Shown: positions 38,633-52,599, counted from the first letter of the stretch. The stretch is DNA of 64,000 nucleotides from Octopus sinensis (GCF_006345805.1 NC_043004.1:124001-188000); one strand, 5' to 3'. Made by a program: numbers and translations. The notes: generated by a model from the letters alone, not told the origin.

Positions 38633-39030
38633 GGCGCAGGAGTGGCTGTGTGGTAAGTAGCTTGCTAACCAACCACATGGTTCCGGGTTCAGTCCCACTG
38701 CGTGGCATCTTGGGCAAGTGTCTTCTGCTATAGCCTCGGGCCGACCAATGCCTTGTGAGTGGATTTGGTAGACGGAAACTGAAAGAAGCCTGTCGTATAT
38801 ATGTATATATATATATGTGTATGTGTGTGTGTTTGTATTTGTCCCCCTAGCATTGCTTGACAACCGATGCTGGTGTGTTTACGTCCCCCGTCACTTAGCG
38901 GTTCGGCAAAAGACCGATAGAATAAGTACTGCGCTTACAAAAAAGAATAAGTCCCGGGGTCGACTTGCTCGACTAAAGGCGGTGATCCAGTATGGCCGCA
39001 GTCAAATGACTGAGTAAAGAGTAAAGAGTA
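38633..39030 (+). mobile_element. SINE family A, full length
   Basis: Near-consensus copy. Confidence 0.9.
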
Positions 39031-39419
39031 TATATATGAATTCTCCATGAATATGTGTGTGTTTACACACACACACATTACCGTATGCTACCTGCCAACT
39101 CTTAGTCCAATCTCACTTTAGTCCTCACTCTCTGTTTTTCTTCAACAGTCCTTCTTCAACTTGCATTCTACATCACTAGCGTGACAGCGAATGCATACAT
39201 GAATTTGATACGAATGACATGAATGTGTTCTCAAACGATAATTCTATTTAAACGACACAATCCAGCACTGCTCTGTGGCTCTGACTCTTCGTATTCGAAA
39301 CAAACTTCCAGTATAAACTAACGATACTTATGTTGCCACCATCAGTATTACAATAGGAACTGTCGATGCCTTAGTTGATTGTTTGCGTCTCTGTTTACTT
39401 GGCTAGTACCAACTCTAAC

Positions 39420-39910
39420 ACCGAAAAATAGTTATATAATTGAATTAGCAGACCTTGAAGAAAACTGCCGTACAGTTTCCTTCACAAGCAATTATTTCTT
39501 TCAATGTTTATTTGTAACAAACTATAATTGCAAGTTTACAAAATCTGAAAGTTTTGAAAGTCATTCAAGTTTTAATTTCTCGTAAAATTTCACATTAACT
39601 CTCAAAGAAATTCTATCCTTGCTAAGTTTTTTTTTCGTTAAACTCCTCTTCCTCTTTCTACAAATAAAGTAGAATTTTTTTTTTCCGCACATGTCTAGAA
39701 CAATTTTCCGTAACATGATAGGATAGGTTTTGTCAGCAATTCTTCCAATAGATTACCCCGTTACCATTTCAATCGAATTGGCACACCTTGTAAATGAGGC
39801 TCAATGGATAATTTCAAAGAGCTTTAGTTACTGCATCATTCAGACATTTGGGAAAGTAGATCTTGCAAGATGTCTGCTCAACCTGCTTACTCGCATAATA
39901 ATGGCTTTGT
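39420..39910 (-). pseudogene. Possible very decayed CR1-like LINE 3' remnant
   Basis: Broken frames with weak resemblance to CR1 C-terminal and 'R..FFS.R' motifs. Confidence 0.3.
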
Positions 39911-40374
39911 TCTGATTCTAATTTTGTCAGTTGTCTCACTTTTGTTTAGTTTTGTTTTCACAGCTCGTAATAAGATCTCTTCTCTTTGTTGTTAGGTTAA
40001 TTTTCAAGGCTTCTTTTTTTCACACAGGCGTTAGTGTTCCATCTTTAGACTGATTCTAATTGTCCACAAAAGAAAAACTAACTAAAATAAACAAATCACC
40101 AAACAAAACAAGCCTAAACTTGTTATTTCACTCCAGAAATAAAGAAGAAACTAGTCAAGTCAGTGGACCACTTCTAAAAGTTGAGCTTTAAAGGTTCTCC
40201 AAGGTTTAATCAAGCAACAAGAAACAGGGATACGTTTCTTCAGTAAGAATCGAAAGTTTACTTTAAAGGGACGAAAATAGAAAAGAGAAAAACCCCTGGA
40301 AATAACATTGTCCTTAGCAATGGGTTAATATATGTTTGTGTGTGTATGTGTATATATGTATGTGTATATATATG

Positions 40375-40418
<44 letters not shown>

Positions 40419-40430
40419 TATATATATATA

Positions 40431-40507
<77 letters not shown>

Positions 40508-40542
40508 ATATATGCTTATATATATATATATATATATATATA

Positions 40543-40582
<40 letters not shown>

Positions 40583-40727
40583 TTATATCTATATGTGTGT
40601 GTGTGTGTGTGTGTGTATTTATATATTCTTATATACTGTTGTGTCTGGGGAGAGTCATTCTCTTTTTTTGCCTTATAATTTAACACACTCACCGGTAAAA
40701 TTTCTACTTATTTCTTTTTTTATTTTT

Positions 40728-40764
40728 CTAAAATTTTCGTTGCATCTTGCAACCTTTTCAATAG
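40728..40764 (-). ncRNA. Minimal hammerhead motif with U3-A8 covariant core
   Basis: CTA-TTGAAAA-G-GTTGCA(AGA)TGCAAC-GAAA-A-TT-T-TAG; palindromic AATT stem III; stem I only 3 bp. Confidence 0.55.
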
Positions 40765-40784
40765 CTTTATATATATATATATGT

Positions 40785-40855
<71 letters not shown>

Positions 40856-40923
40856 TGTATACATATATATATATATATTATATATATATACATTACACAT
40901 ATATATGTTTATATATATATATA

Positions 40924-40981
<58 letters not shown>

Positions 40982-41110
40982 ATGTGTGTGTGTGTGTGTA
41001 TTTATATATTCTTATATACTGTTGTGTCTGGGGAGAGTCATTCTCTTTTTTTGCCTTATAATTTAACACACTCACCGGTAAAATTTCTACTTATTTCTTT
41101 TTTTATTTTT

Positions 41111-41147
41111 CTAAAATTTTCGTTGCATCTTGCAACCTTTTCAATAG
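41111..41147 (-). ncRNA. Second copy of the U3-A8 hammerhead motif
   Basis: Identical to 40728-40764. Confidence 0.55.
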
Positions 41148-41167
41148 CTTTATATATATATATATGT

Positions 41168-41242
<75 letters not shown>

Positions 41243-41293
41243 TGTATACATATATATATAATATTTATATATATATACATTACACATATATAT

Positions 41294-41356
<63 letters not shown>

Positions 41357-42566
41357 CTCAAATAAGCAACAAGGATATCCAGAGGTAACGCAGTACGATC
41401 GTTTCATGCAACTCCATTTAATTGAACAATGCAATCATTACATCAATTCAAAACGCACAGCAATCTTCAGCTGCACAAAGACATAGAATATAATTAAATT
41501 AGAACAGATAGACACATTAGTATAATTATACCAAAAATATCCAAGAAGTTAAGGAGATAGACAAAGAACATGTTGTCTCTACTTAAGCATAGAAGTAACA
41601 CACAAACACGCGCGCGCGTGCATGCAACAAGATTTCCATAGATGAGAAACTTTTAAGCAAATTCAAACGTGCTAGAACAAAAGTTTCAATGATCGACAAC
41701 TTAAAACCATGGAAACACAAGATACAAAAAGGCTTGCAGACTCAAGAAGCACATCCAACTTATTTATATCCATCATCAACTGCCAAACAGATATTTGTGT
41801 GTGTGTGTTGTGTGGTGTGTGTGTGAGTATTTCAACAGATCGTCTGTGATTTAATATTTGATTCTCCAATATCCCATTGGCTTATAACGAAAACAAAAGT
41901 TCCTAACTCCACGATCAGAAGCAATTTCTGTACATCTCTGCAGAGATTCTAGTATCTAATCTTATCAGTTTCCAGTGAATTTGGAGATCATTGAAGAGTA
42001 CAAATTCTCAACCTCATACCTACAATATAAATGAGCAGGCAGTCTAATACGCTATATTCTGCTACTTAATTTCTGTTGTCGACGGTAACGGTACCACTTA
42101 AAGACTTCTTCTCCGTGTAGTATGTGTGTGTGAGGAAAAGCAGCAAGATACAGTTTATTCCTGCTCTGAGAGCATTCATATTAACATTTGTTAACATTAC
42201 TTGAAGTTGGAGAAGTATTCATTCAGGCTTCTAGAGGTAAGAGATAAGTACATTTAATTCAAGATTGCGTTGATCTTTTAAAGTGTCTCAGCTCAATATT
42301 AGTCACGGGAAATGGATGATGGAATTTTCTAGAGGTTTAAGATCTCACATAAGCTGAGCTTTCGCTTTTTGCTTCTATTTGTAAAAACAAATCTTATTTA
42401 CTGCCAACAATGTTTCAATACGCATGACGTTCAGAGAAACACACGTATGAACGTACATGAACACATACACATTCAAACATGCACACGCATATCTGTGCAC
42501 ACACACACACATACACGCATGCACACACACATATTGAAAGATAAATAGATATAAATATATATACAC

Positions 42567-42605
<39 letters not shown>

Positions 42606-42676
42606 TGTGTGTGTGTGAGTGTGTGTGTGCGTGCGTGTGTACGTGTGTGAATATAAGTATTATATATATATATATA

Positions 42677-42764
<88 letters not shown>

Positions 42765-42794
42765 GAGATGTCGAACACGAGTGGTGATATATAA

Positions 42795-42989
42795 AAAAGG
42801 AAATGAAGAAAATGCTGACAAATAATTGAAGTAATTTAAGTAATTTAATTAGGTGAAAGTTCTTTTTACCGGTTGCGCATTTGTTATGCTTGTCTGACAA
42901 GCATAACAAATGCGCAACCGGTAAAAAGAACTTTCACCTAATTAAATTACTTAATTACTTCAATTATTTGTCAGCATTTTCTTCATTTC

Positions 42990-42995
<6 letters not shown>
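42795..42995. repeat. Near-perfect palindrome with about 100-bp arms and a 1-nt spacer (centre 42895)
   Basis: ...GTTATGCTTGTC-T-GACAAGCATAAC...; one indel between arms; both arms end in ATATAT. Confidence 0.95.
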
Positions 42996-43037
<42 letters not shown>

Positions 43038-43038
<1 letters not shown>

Positions 43039-43200
43039 CGGGAAGCTTTATGAAAATAAACAAAAGACGAAGGCAGGTGGAATACAAACAAACAATTGTA
43101 TTAGTATGGCGCTCAGGAATATAAATAAAACAAGTCTTTTACGTTTCGAACCTACGCTCTTCAACAGAAAGATACACAGAAAGAAACACAGAAAGAAACA
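43038..43200 (-). mobile_element. Family D element
   Basis: Homologous to 19980-20190; 3' end (minus strand) joined to (TA)n. Confidence 0.7.
43135..43172 (-). ncRNA. Minimal hammerhead motif with A6 to U core change
   Basis: TCTTT-CTGTTGA-A-GAGC(GTAG)GTTC-GAAA-C-GT-A-AAAGA. Confidence 0.5.
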
Positions 43201-43229
43201 TATATATATGTGTCTGTGAATATATGTAT

Positions 43230-43265
<36 letters not shown>

Positions 43266-44310
43266 CTAGCAAAAGCACGCGTCCTTTGGACGGTTTAAGT
43301 TGCTTTGGTGGTATTTTTTCACCAAATAATTGAACTACCGAGAAGGTTTATGAATAGTACGGCAATCCATGTTTCCTATTAACCTAAGAACGGAAAACCA
43401 AATTGAAGGCTGGTTATTGTGGAGGTCGTTGCACTTTAATGATAATAGAACATATAAGTTCGCAAGCAATGTAGAGCTACTGAAAGGTTTTGGAAGTAGA
43501 TTACGCATAATGATTACAAAATATTGTTGTTTAACATGAAAGCGAAATGTCTTGTGATTGTTTTTAAAAGGCTAGAACGACAATGCTAAAATGTATTCGA
43601 AATAATAGACAACAGTCGAAATATCATAATGGATGGGTAAATAAACATCCTTAAAGTAAAACAACGCATTGGTAGGTAAACGAATGTATCAACAAATAGA
43701 AGTGACTGAAAGGAACATCACCTTTCAACAAACTCAGAATAGGCAAAGGTAAGTTTGGCCAAGTTTAATGCAGTTTCAATAAGGAGATTAAGATTGTTTG
43801 GTATTGAATATCATCACGTAGTGTTCCTAGTCAATTTGATCACCATCGCAGGTGGACAGTCGAAATAAATAGACAAACTTCTTTCACTTTTATAATATTT
43901 TCTATCCAAAACACTCAATATACACCAATGCGCATATAAAAAATACAGAAAATAATAATATGCAATTACAATATATAAATAAATAATAAATCAAAAAATG
44001 TGAAAACCATAAAAAATATTCTCTAATGCCAATATACGACCATAGAGATTAAAAAAGTATGAAAGACCCTATACACAAAAAAAAAAACAGCTATGTACAT
44101 ACAACGAATTAGAGAAAAAGCCGTGAAACCACCGTTTTTCCCGGTTTGTCCTTTTACGCGGGAGTTCTGGGCAAAATGTTATAGTGCATGGCCATCCTTG
44201 GGACATAAGTAATGTGTATGTAAAGTTTGGTAAAAATTGGTTGAGAATTGTAGAAATACATGCGTTAGCCAATATACACATACACACACACATACTGTGA
44301 TTTATATATA
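43266..44310 (+). mobile_element. Putative non-autonomous Helitron/Helentron-like (DINE-1/Lep1-style) element
   Basis: Starts ACTAG followed by hairpin CGTCC-TTT-GGACG; ends AAAGTTTGGTAAAAATTGGTTGAG...(CA)n...GTGATTTATATATA; non-coding; TA flanks. Confidence 0.4.
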
Positions 44311-44544
44311 CTATATATATATATATATATATCCAGGCAAAATGCTACTTAAGTTCTCTGCTAATACAAATACACTACGCTAACAAAAGGTTTCTGAAAT
44401 TGGTAAAGAATGTCAGGTAATCCAAAGGCAAGAACCGGAGTTGAAGTCCATCACCAGTCGAATTTGTAGATCCATTGTTGCATTAAGAAGTTAATATGGT
44501 ATGTTTTCAAAGAGTGATAGACACGACAAGGCATATATATATAT

Positions 44545-44644
<100 letters not shown>

Positions 44645-44684
44645 TTCATGTATATACCCCCCACAAATATATATATATATAAAA

Positions 44685-44830
44685 GCAAGAGTGTCTATTC
44701 GAAAAAGTTTACTTCCCAACCACATGGTTCTGGGTTCAGTCCCACTGCGTGGTACCTTGGGCAAGCGCCTTCTACCTTAGTCTCGAGCTAGCGAACGTTT
44801 TTTGACAGACGGAAACTAATAGAAGCCCAT
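44685..44830 (+). mobile_element. Family A SINE 5' half
   Basis: CCAACCACATGGTTCTGGGTTCAGTCCCACTGCGTGG. Confidence 0.75.
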
Positions 44831-44896
44831 CGTTTATACGTGTGTATGCATGTGTGCTTGTGTCCGTGTGTCTATGTGTGTGTGTGTGTGTCTCTT

Positions 44897-44935
<39 letters not shown>

Positions 44936-44994
44936 GCGTGTGTGTATATATATGTGTGTGTATGTATATATATACATATGTATTCACATATGCA

Positions 44995-45046
<52 letters not shown>

Positions 45047-45069
45047 CATATATACATACATATGTACAA

Positions 45070-45133
<64 letters not shown>

Positions 45134-45281
45134 TATAAAGGGAGAGAAAGAGACGCTGGAGAAAGAGGGAGACTGAGAGACAGAGATGAGAGATAGGTAG
45201 TTACATATATACATATGTCCATGTTTGTGCATATACATACATATATGTTTATATATATGTGTGTATATATATAATATAATA

Positions 45282-45324
<43 letters not shown>

Positions 45325-45336
45325 ATTATTATTATT

Positions 45337-45399
<63 letters not shown>

Positions 45400-46432
45400 T
45401 TATAGAATGTGTGTGTCTGTATATGTATGCCTGCATTTATGTTTTTTGTATGTAAGCCGGTGTATGAAGTTGTTTATGCTTGTGTATGTACGTATGTTTT
45501 GATAATAGGTATAAAACAAGAAAATTCCGCGTCTTCGTGGTTTAATAAATGTAGTTGTACAATTTTATGTTCTTGTCTTTCTGAAGAAATAACACTGTTT
45601 ATACACATTTGCTTGTGCATATGTACGTAAAACCTTGCAATAACATACCCATAAACATGCCGATATACATCCATTTATGTATATTCTCACTCGCGTGCAT
45701 GTATGTGTCTATCATACACGCACACACATGATCAGAGCACACGCCGGTCCATTCTAGACCACCAGGCATTTACCAAACTCCTTATATATATATGATTCCT
45801 GTTCTTTAAGCGTCTGGTCTTATTTTCAGATACTGATCTTGTCTTTTATGTTGTTCTATCGGCAGCCTGCTTACCCCTTTCATGTTATTTGGTCGGTTCC
45901 GGTCTGTTGCAGGAAATTGTCGTTACAGTCGGTAGCTTTTGTGAAACCGAATCTCCGATTCTACATAATTTATACAAGAATGTGGACATTCCACGACTTC
46001 CATCGATATAGCTTTTTAAGAATTAACCGCAATCCTCTCACATTAATGATTGACAATAATTCTTTTCAAATTCTCGTTTAAATTTCAGGCTACAGCAGCT
46101 ATCGCCATTTAACTACACCGTACCTTTGTACGTCTGTGTATGTATGTATGTATGTATGTATGTATGTATGTATGTATGTATGTATGTATGTATGTGTGTG
46201 TGTATGTATGCATGTATGTATGTATGTGTGTATGCATGTATATGTGTGTATGTGCATGTGTGAGAGAGGGAGCGAGAGACAGACAGACAGAATTTTATGA
46301 GTGGGTATGTCTGTATATAAGCATATACAAATGTGAATGGATTGTGTTTGAGTGTGCGTGCGTTAGTAATCATGTATATGTGTATATATATATATACTAT
46401 ACACATTCACACACATATATTATATTATATCA

Positions 46433-46551
<119 letters not shown>

Positions 46552-46699
46552 TACATATATATTATATATATTATGTGTGTGGGTTGTGTTTCGGATTATG
46601 TCTTTTTAGCATGTGACTTGATGTGAGACTGCTTAGAAACTGTGGTAATTATATCTGTGTATGTGTTTGTGTTCATGTGTCAGTGTGTGCGTGCATTTG

Positions 46700-46985
46700 C
46701 GTGTGTGCAAGTGTGGCTGTATAGCAAGAAGCTTGCTTCGCAACCGCATGGTTTCAGGCTCAGTCACACAACGCGGCACCTTGGCCATGTCTTCTTCTAC
46801 AGCCTCAGACCGACAGCCGGTGTTGGCGTTTTTAAGTCCCCGTAACTTAGTAGTTCGGCAAAAGAGACTGATAAATTAAGTACCAGGCTTTAAATAAATA
46901 AGTAGCTGTATCGGTCGAGTGTTGAAGGCGGTGCCACAGCATGACCGCAGTTTAATGACTGCAACAAGTAAAAGATGAAAGATAA
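46700..46985 (+). mobile_element. Family A SINE with a central deletion
   Basis: Head joined directly to the 3' module. Confidence 0.7.
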
Positions 46986-47089
46986 AACGCCGGGCTGTCA
47001 CTCACTTTGTGGTACTTCGTACTCGAAGGACGTGTCGATGTTCCTCAACTTTTGGCGCCGTTCGTTCTGTGTGTTCATCATTAACCTGT

Positions 47090-47472
47090 GGAGGCGCAAT
47101 GGCCCAGTGGTTAGGGCAGCGGACTCACGGTCATAGGATCGCGGTTTCGATTCCCAGACCGGGCGTTGTGAGTGTTTATTGAGCGAAAACACCTAAAAGC
47201 TCCACGAGGCTCCGGCAGGGGATGGTGGTGATCCCTGCTGTACTCTTTCACCACAACTTTCTCTCACTCTTACTTCCTGTTTCTGTTGTACCTGTGTTTC
47301 AAGGGGCCGGCCTTGTCACTCTCTGTGTCACGCTGAATATCCCCGAGAACTATGTTAAGGGTGCACGTGTCTGTGGAGTGCTCAGCCACTTACACGTTAA
47401 TTTCACGAGCAGGCTGTTCCGTTGATTCGGATCAACCGGAACCCTCATCGTCGTAACCGACGGAGTGCTTCC
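47090..47472 (+). mobile_element. SINE family B, full length
   Basis: Near-consensus copy. Confidence 0.9.
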
Positions 47473-47499
47473 ACCCATCATTAACCGACAATACCTATT

Positions 47500-47715
47500 T
47501 CTTTACTACCCACAAGGGGCTAAACACAGAGGAGACAAACGGATTAAGTCGATTATATCGACTCCAGTGCGTAACTCGTACTTAATTTATCGACCCCGAA
47601 AGGATGAAAGGCAAAGTCGACCTCAGCGGAATTTGAACTCAGAGAACGTAGCGGCAGACGAAATACGGCTATGCATTTCGCCCGGCGTGGTTTCTGCCAG
47701 TTCGTCGCCTTGGTA
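47500..47715 (-). mobile_element. SINE family C
   Basis: Reverse complement of the 8702 copy. Confidence 0.85.
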
Positions 47716-47799
47716 ACTAGAATACCTAGTAACTAGAATGTTGTCAGGCGCTCGCAACTCTCTGCTCGCAAGTGGAATGTCCAAGTTAATTCGAATTAC

Positions 47800-48260
47800 T
47801 AAAGAGCAACACTGTTATCGGGATAATTCTGAGTGCTGATGAGAATTATTTGATTGGATGCAATCGATAATTTCCAGACACCGCTAGCCTGGCTCTGTAC
47901 CGAAGGAAGGCTGTGTATTACAAGCACAAAAATGCAGTCACCCGAGCCTGTCTGAGATGTGCGCTGAGCGATGAAACCACACGGAGATCCCAGTTCAGAG
48001 TGAGAGCAGGATTTATGTCGAACACCCGTTGTGTATAGGGTGGACCGCCAATCGGTTGAGCTTGTGGACATCACCCCAACCACTTTCCTTCGAAGGAGGA
48101 GAAAGGCAATCATTTCCTTTGACAGTGATTGTAGCGAAAGATATTGTGTGGTGGACACGACTGAAAAGATTGACAAGATTTCCTTTCTTCACAGAAACTC
48201 ATCTCGATTTTTTTCAAGTTTCACTCGGAATGAAAAATTAAAATGAAGTAGTAAAGTGCT
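47800..48260 (+). pseudogene. Tx1/L1-clade LINE ORF2 C-terminal remnant
   Basis: Frameshifted RACLRCALSDET (zinc-knuckle-like) then VIVAKDIVWWTRLKRL...DFF, resembling Tx1 ORF2 ends as I recall them. Confidence 0.5.
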
Positions 48261-48579
48261 GTTCCCCAGTAAATTTGTATAAAAGTGAATGACAATAAAT
48301 ATAACCCGAGTGAATGGACCTTCACTCATCATACACATGTATGACTGGAGAACAAATCTGAGAAAGGTAATTTACTCATAACAGTTAGTTTAATCCTGGT
48401 TCTATAAGATTCCTTAATCGTTCTTAGGTGGCGCACCTCCTCTTGCGACAATGCCACTAGTTTGTATATCATATGTTGTGTCATTCTGATCAATTCTATT
48501 CTAAAGCCCCATACTTATAATAATGACATTTTCCTATGACCTCTTCGAATCCGCTGTCCTCATTGCAATGTCCCACAGA

Positions 48580-48854
48580 GGTCAATAAGATAAAGTACCA
48601 TAGATTACTGCCGCGGTCGACTGTGCCTTTCATCCTTTCAGGGTCGATAACATAACTAATATCTGTCCCAAAATTTCAGGCTTTGCGCCTATAGCAGAAA
48701 GAAATATCGCTTTCTGAGTTCAAATTCCGCCGAGGTCGACTTTGCCTTTCATCTTTTTGGGGTCGATAAATTAAATACCAGTTATACATTGGGGTCGAAA
48801 TAAACGACTGGCCCTGGCCCCCAAAATTTCAGGCCTTGTGTCTATAGCAGAAGG

Positions 48855-48860
<6 letters not shown>
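48580..48860 (+). mobile_element. Two family C SINE pieces with (TTA)n tail
   Basis: GGTCGACTGTGCCTTTCATCC and GAGGTCGACTTTGCCTTTCATC modules. Confidence 0.8.
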
Positions 48861-48899
<39 letters not shown>

Positions 48900-48900
<1 letters not shown>

Positions 48901-49867
48901 CGAAAAACTCTCGGATAGTTCTTAATTACCGGTTATTCTTTACTTGAAAGCAGGCAATAACAAATCACTAAAGGTTTCAAGTAGTGCCTTCTCCTGTGAC
49001 TCAAAGAGACAATACTCTCCTTAGAATGCAAGCTGTACCCAACAATGCAGTCGTCTGGATCATCTCAAGCCTGAGAGCAACTCCAATACTCTTAATATTT
49101 TTTCAAAGCCCTTGAAGACTGCTCCTAATGCTCCAATTACCACAAGGTATCACCATTACTTTCCTTATGCCCGATAACTTTCCTATCACGTCCTGCAGTG
49201 GCTAATCCTTCTCAGTCTTTTCTGTTTCCCTACATTTCACCCTCCAGTCGCCTAGTATTGCAACATCTATTATCTATGCTTCTTTTTCATCTTTAAAGAT
49301 GAGTACGATATCGAGCCGTCTCGCCTCTATGACTTGGTCGCACTCTGTGTTAAAATCCCAGAGTATTTTCTAATGTTCGTTTTCCATTACTCCCTCTGGC
49401 TTGTGTTCATACCATTGTCCGGCTCTCTCGAAGTTTGCTGTACCACACAACAGCCAGTGGACATATCTGGCCACATTGTCGTGTCTCCTTTTATATTCGC
49501 GTTGTACGAGCTTACAGCACTCACTAACAAAATGGCTTATACTTTCTCCCTTCTTGGAGCACATCCTACATTGTGGCGATTCAGTGCTTTTATCAATGTG
49601 ATATTTGGGGTAGTTTGTTCTGTTAGCTTGTTCTTGAGCGCTGCACACAAATGCATCAGTGGGCCCTTTTAAGTTTCCTTTCTGCAGCAATTGCCAGTTT
49701 CTATTCCAATCAATCTTATCTTTATTCTTCAAGAACTGACTTTGCATTTTCTTGCCCTGCCAAAATTTCGTCATCTGCTTTCTTGGATCTTTCTTAAATT
49801 GTGTTGGATCTCCGGCTTCGTTCACTTTTAAGGTTTCCTGCATTTTCACTGCTTCAATCATTTCTTT
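48900..49867 (-). pseudogene. Dong/R4-clade LINE fragment (CCHC knuckle, RLE, 3' UTR) inside trinucleotide tracts
   Basis: ORF 49370-49861 ...SAQEQANRTNY...CRMCSKKGESISHFVSEC...YKRRHDNVA...WYEHKPEGVMENE; downstream ILWDF and ALLGTACILRR. Confidence 0.85.
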
Positions 49868-49931
<64 letters not shown>

Positions 49932-49939
49932 CCACCACC

Positions 49940-50057
<118 letters not shown>

Positions 50058-50070
50058 CATTATTATTATT

Positions 50071-50424
50071 GCCTTTGCACAGCATCTAACGCTGGAGATG
50101 TACTACGGTGTCAGCTGTTCACTACCAGTGAACTAAAGTAACACCCCTTATTTTTCGAGCACCTTCCGGAGTATTCGAGCGGTTCCAAGCAGTGCTGTTT
50201 CCTGCAAGTGCTCCACCCTTACTGAAGCCCCTATTTGTTCCATGTACTTCTCAAGATTTTTACTCACTCTTCCCAGGGCTCCGACAATTCTTGGTACAAA
50301 CACCACCTATTTCATCGACCACAACTACTTAACTTCCCAAGCTAACCTGTCATATCTCTCAACTTTTCTTTTTTCCTTATCGCATACATTGTTGTCAGCT
50401 GGTCATGCTATATCTATGATCCAG

Positions 50425-50425
<1 letters not shown>
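50071..50425 (-). pseudogene. Third Dong/R4-clade 3' fragment flanked by (TAA)n
   Basis: IIDIA...VGALG...LQETALLGTARILRKVLE. Confidence 0.8.
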
Positions 50426-50461
<36 letters not shown>

Positions 50462-50477
50462 GTTGTTGTTGTTGTTG

Positions 50478-50520
<43 letters not shown>

Positions 50521-51249
50521 CTTTTATAATGTTATCCTGACCATCAGCAACCACAACAGCAACAAACACCAATAGAAAGAAAAATAGCAACGAACGACCC
50601 AATGAAGAAATCTCTACGTATTCTTCGATCTGTCTACAGGATGGACATGAATGGAGAATATCTGATCATATGTCATCTCAATCGCTGCCGACCTGGGGCT
50701 GAAGTCGATAACGACGACGACAACAATAGCAATAGAAACAACAACAGTAGAGGCAGCAATAAGGCGGGAACGAGCCGCCTTATCGTCCATCTCGGAAATG
50801 GTCGGAAAAGCCCAGACAAAACTTGAAGGGTGTTGTCATCTTACGAGTTAGACTTCGCCATTAGTCACTCGAATAATTTATCACCGTAGCAGATGTTTCA
50901 TCGACGACAGGCTCTGTCTCTTCATTTCCTCATAGAGACAGCGCTCTCATTCCACACAGTGATACACACGTTAATAGGCATACGTATAAATTCAAATACC
51001 AAGCAACATGCATACCCATAGATACATACATACATACATACATACATACATACATACATACATACATACATACATACATACATACATACGAACATACATA
51101 CATATATACGTGCATACATACATATATACATACATACGTATATAGGAACGTGTATATATTCATACATACATACGAACGTACATACATACGTGTATACATA
51201 CACACAAACGTACATACATACTTGCATACATACATAAATACATACATAC

Positions 51250-51283
<34 letters not shown>

Positions 51284-51506
51284 GTACGAACGTACATACA
51301 TACATAATACATTCATATGTACATACATTCATACATACATGCATCCATGCATCCATCTATACATCCACACATACATACATGTGAATGCACATACATAAAT
51401 ACATACATACATTCGACCATACGTAAATACATACATACGTGCATACATACCTACATACACATACATACGAACATACATACATATATATACATACATTCAT
51501 CTCCCT

Positions 51507-51815
51507 AGTACTCCGTCGGATACGACGTCGAATGTTCCAGTTGATCCGTTTGACAGAACAGCCTGCTGGAGCAATTAACATGTAAATGGCTGAGTATTCC
51601 ACAGACACGCGTACCTGTAACGTAATTCTCAAGCAGATTCAACGTGACAAAGCTGGCCCTTTCAAACACAGGTCACACTTATTTTTGCCAGTCGAGTGAA
51701 CGGGAGCAACGGGAAATAAAGGGCTTTGTTCTAGAGCACAACGCACCGCTGCATATCGAACCCAGGACTTTAAGATCATGAGCCAAATACTGTGACCATT
51801 AAGCCACACACCTTC
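51507..51815 (-). mobile_element. Hybrid SINE (B2 head with family B tail)
   Basis: ACTCCGTCGG...GTTGATCCG...AACAGCCTGCT at left; GAGCACAACGC...GAACCCAG...AAGCCACAC at right. Confidence 0.7.
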
Positions 51816-52567
51816 ACACATATAGTCATACATACATTCAGTCAAAAATGCATGCATTTATTCTTTCCGAGGTGTCTCGGGTACACGATTCTGAACAGCT
51901 GCAAAAACAGCGAGATGTCGATGGCCATCGTTCTCGATCGCCAAATGGGAGGGAAGTCTCGCCTGGTTTGAGGTGTTCAGCCTTTTTTAACATCTGGCGT
52001 CTTAAAGGGACTTTAATCCCTCTTACGCTATCCCGAAACCAGTGAGCGCAAAAATGAATCACATGCAGTAAGGATGTGGCATCGATGATGTATAGGTTTA
52101 TACATACATACATACATACACATACATACATACATATACATACATACATACATGCATGCATACATACATACATACATACATACATACATACATACATACA
52201 TACATACATAAGCATACATACATGCATACATACATAATACATACATACATACATACATACATACATAAGCATGCATGCATGCATGCATACCATGTATACA
52301 CAATCCATACATTACACGCAAACATATACAGAAATATACATACATAAATATGCATATATACATACGTACATGTGAAGCATGTGTACATAATACATACATG
52401 ACATGCAAACATATATAGAAATATACATACATATATGCATACATACACACACACATGTAAGATATGTACACGCCTGCATACATGCAAACGTACAAACTTG
52501 CATACATACATACATACATACATACATACATACATACATACATACATACATACACACACATACACAG

Positions 52568-52599
<32 letters not shown>

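Larger units (their letters stand above)
40620..41345 (-). repeat. Tandem of two 383-bp units, each a roughly 150-bp family G element plus TA/TG spacer
   Basis: TCTTATATACTGTTGTGTCTGGGGAGAG...CAACCTTTTCAATAGC occurs twice with period 383. Confidence 0.9.

Noticed and set aside
40332-41066. 244-aa YI/CV-repeat ORF and the many similar ORFs across the window
   Set aside because: Translations of (TA)n, (TG)n and (TACA)n microsatellites
47090-47165. Possible tRNA genes at SINE heads
   Set aside because: Acceptor and anticodon stems are broken and each continues into a SINE body
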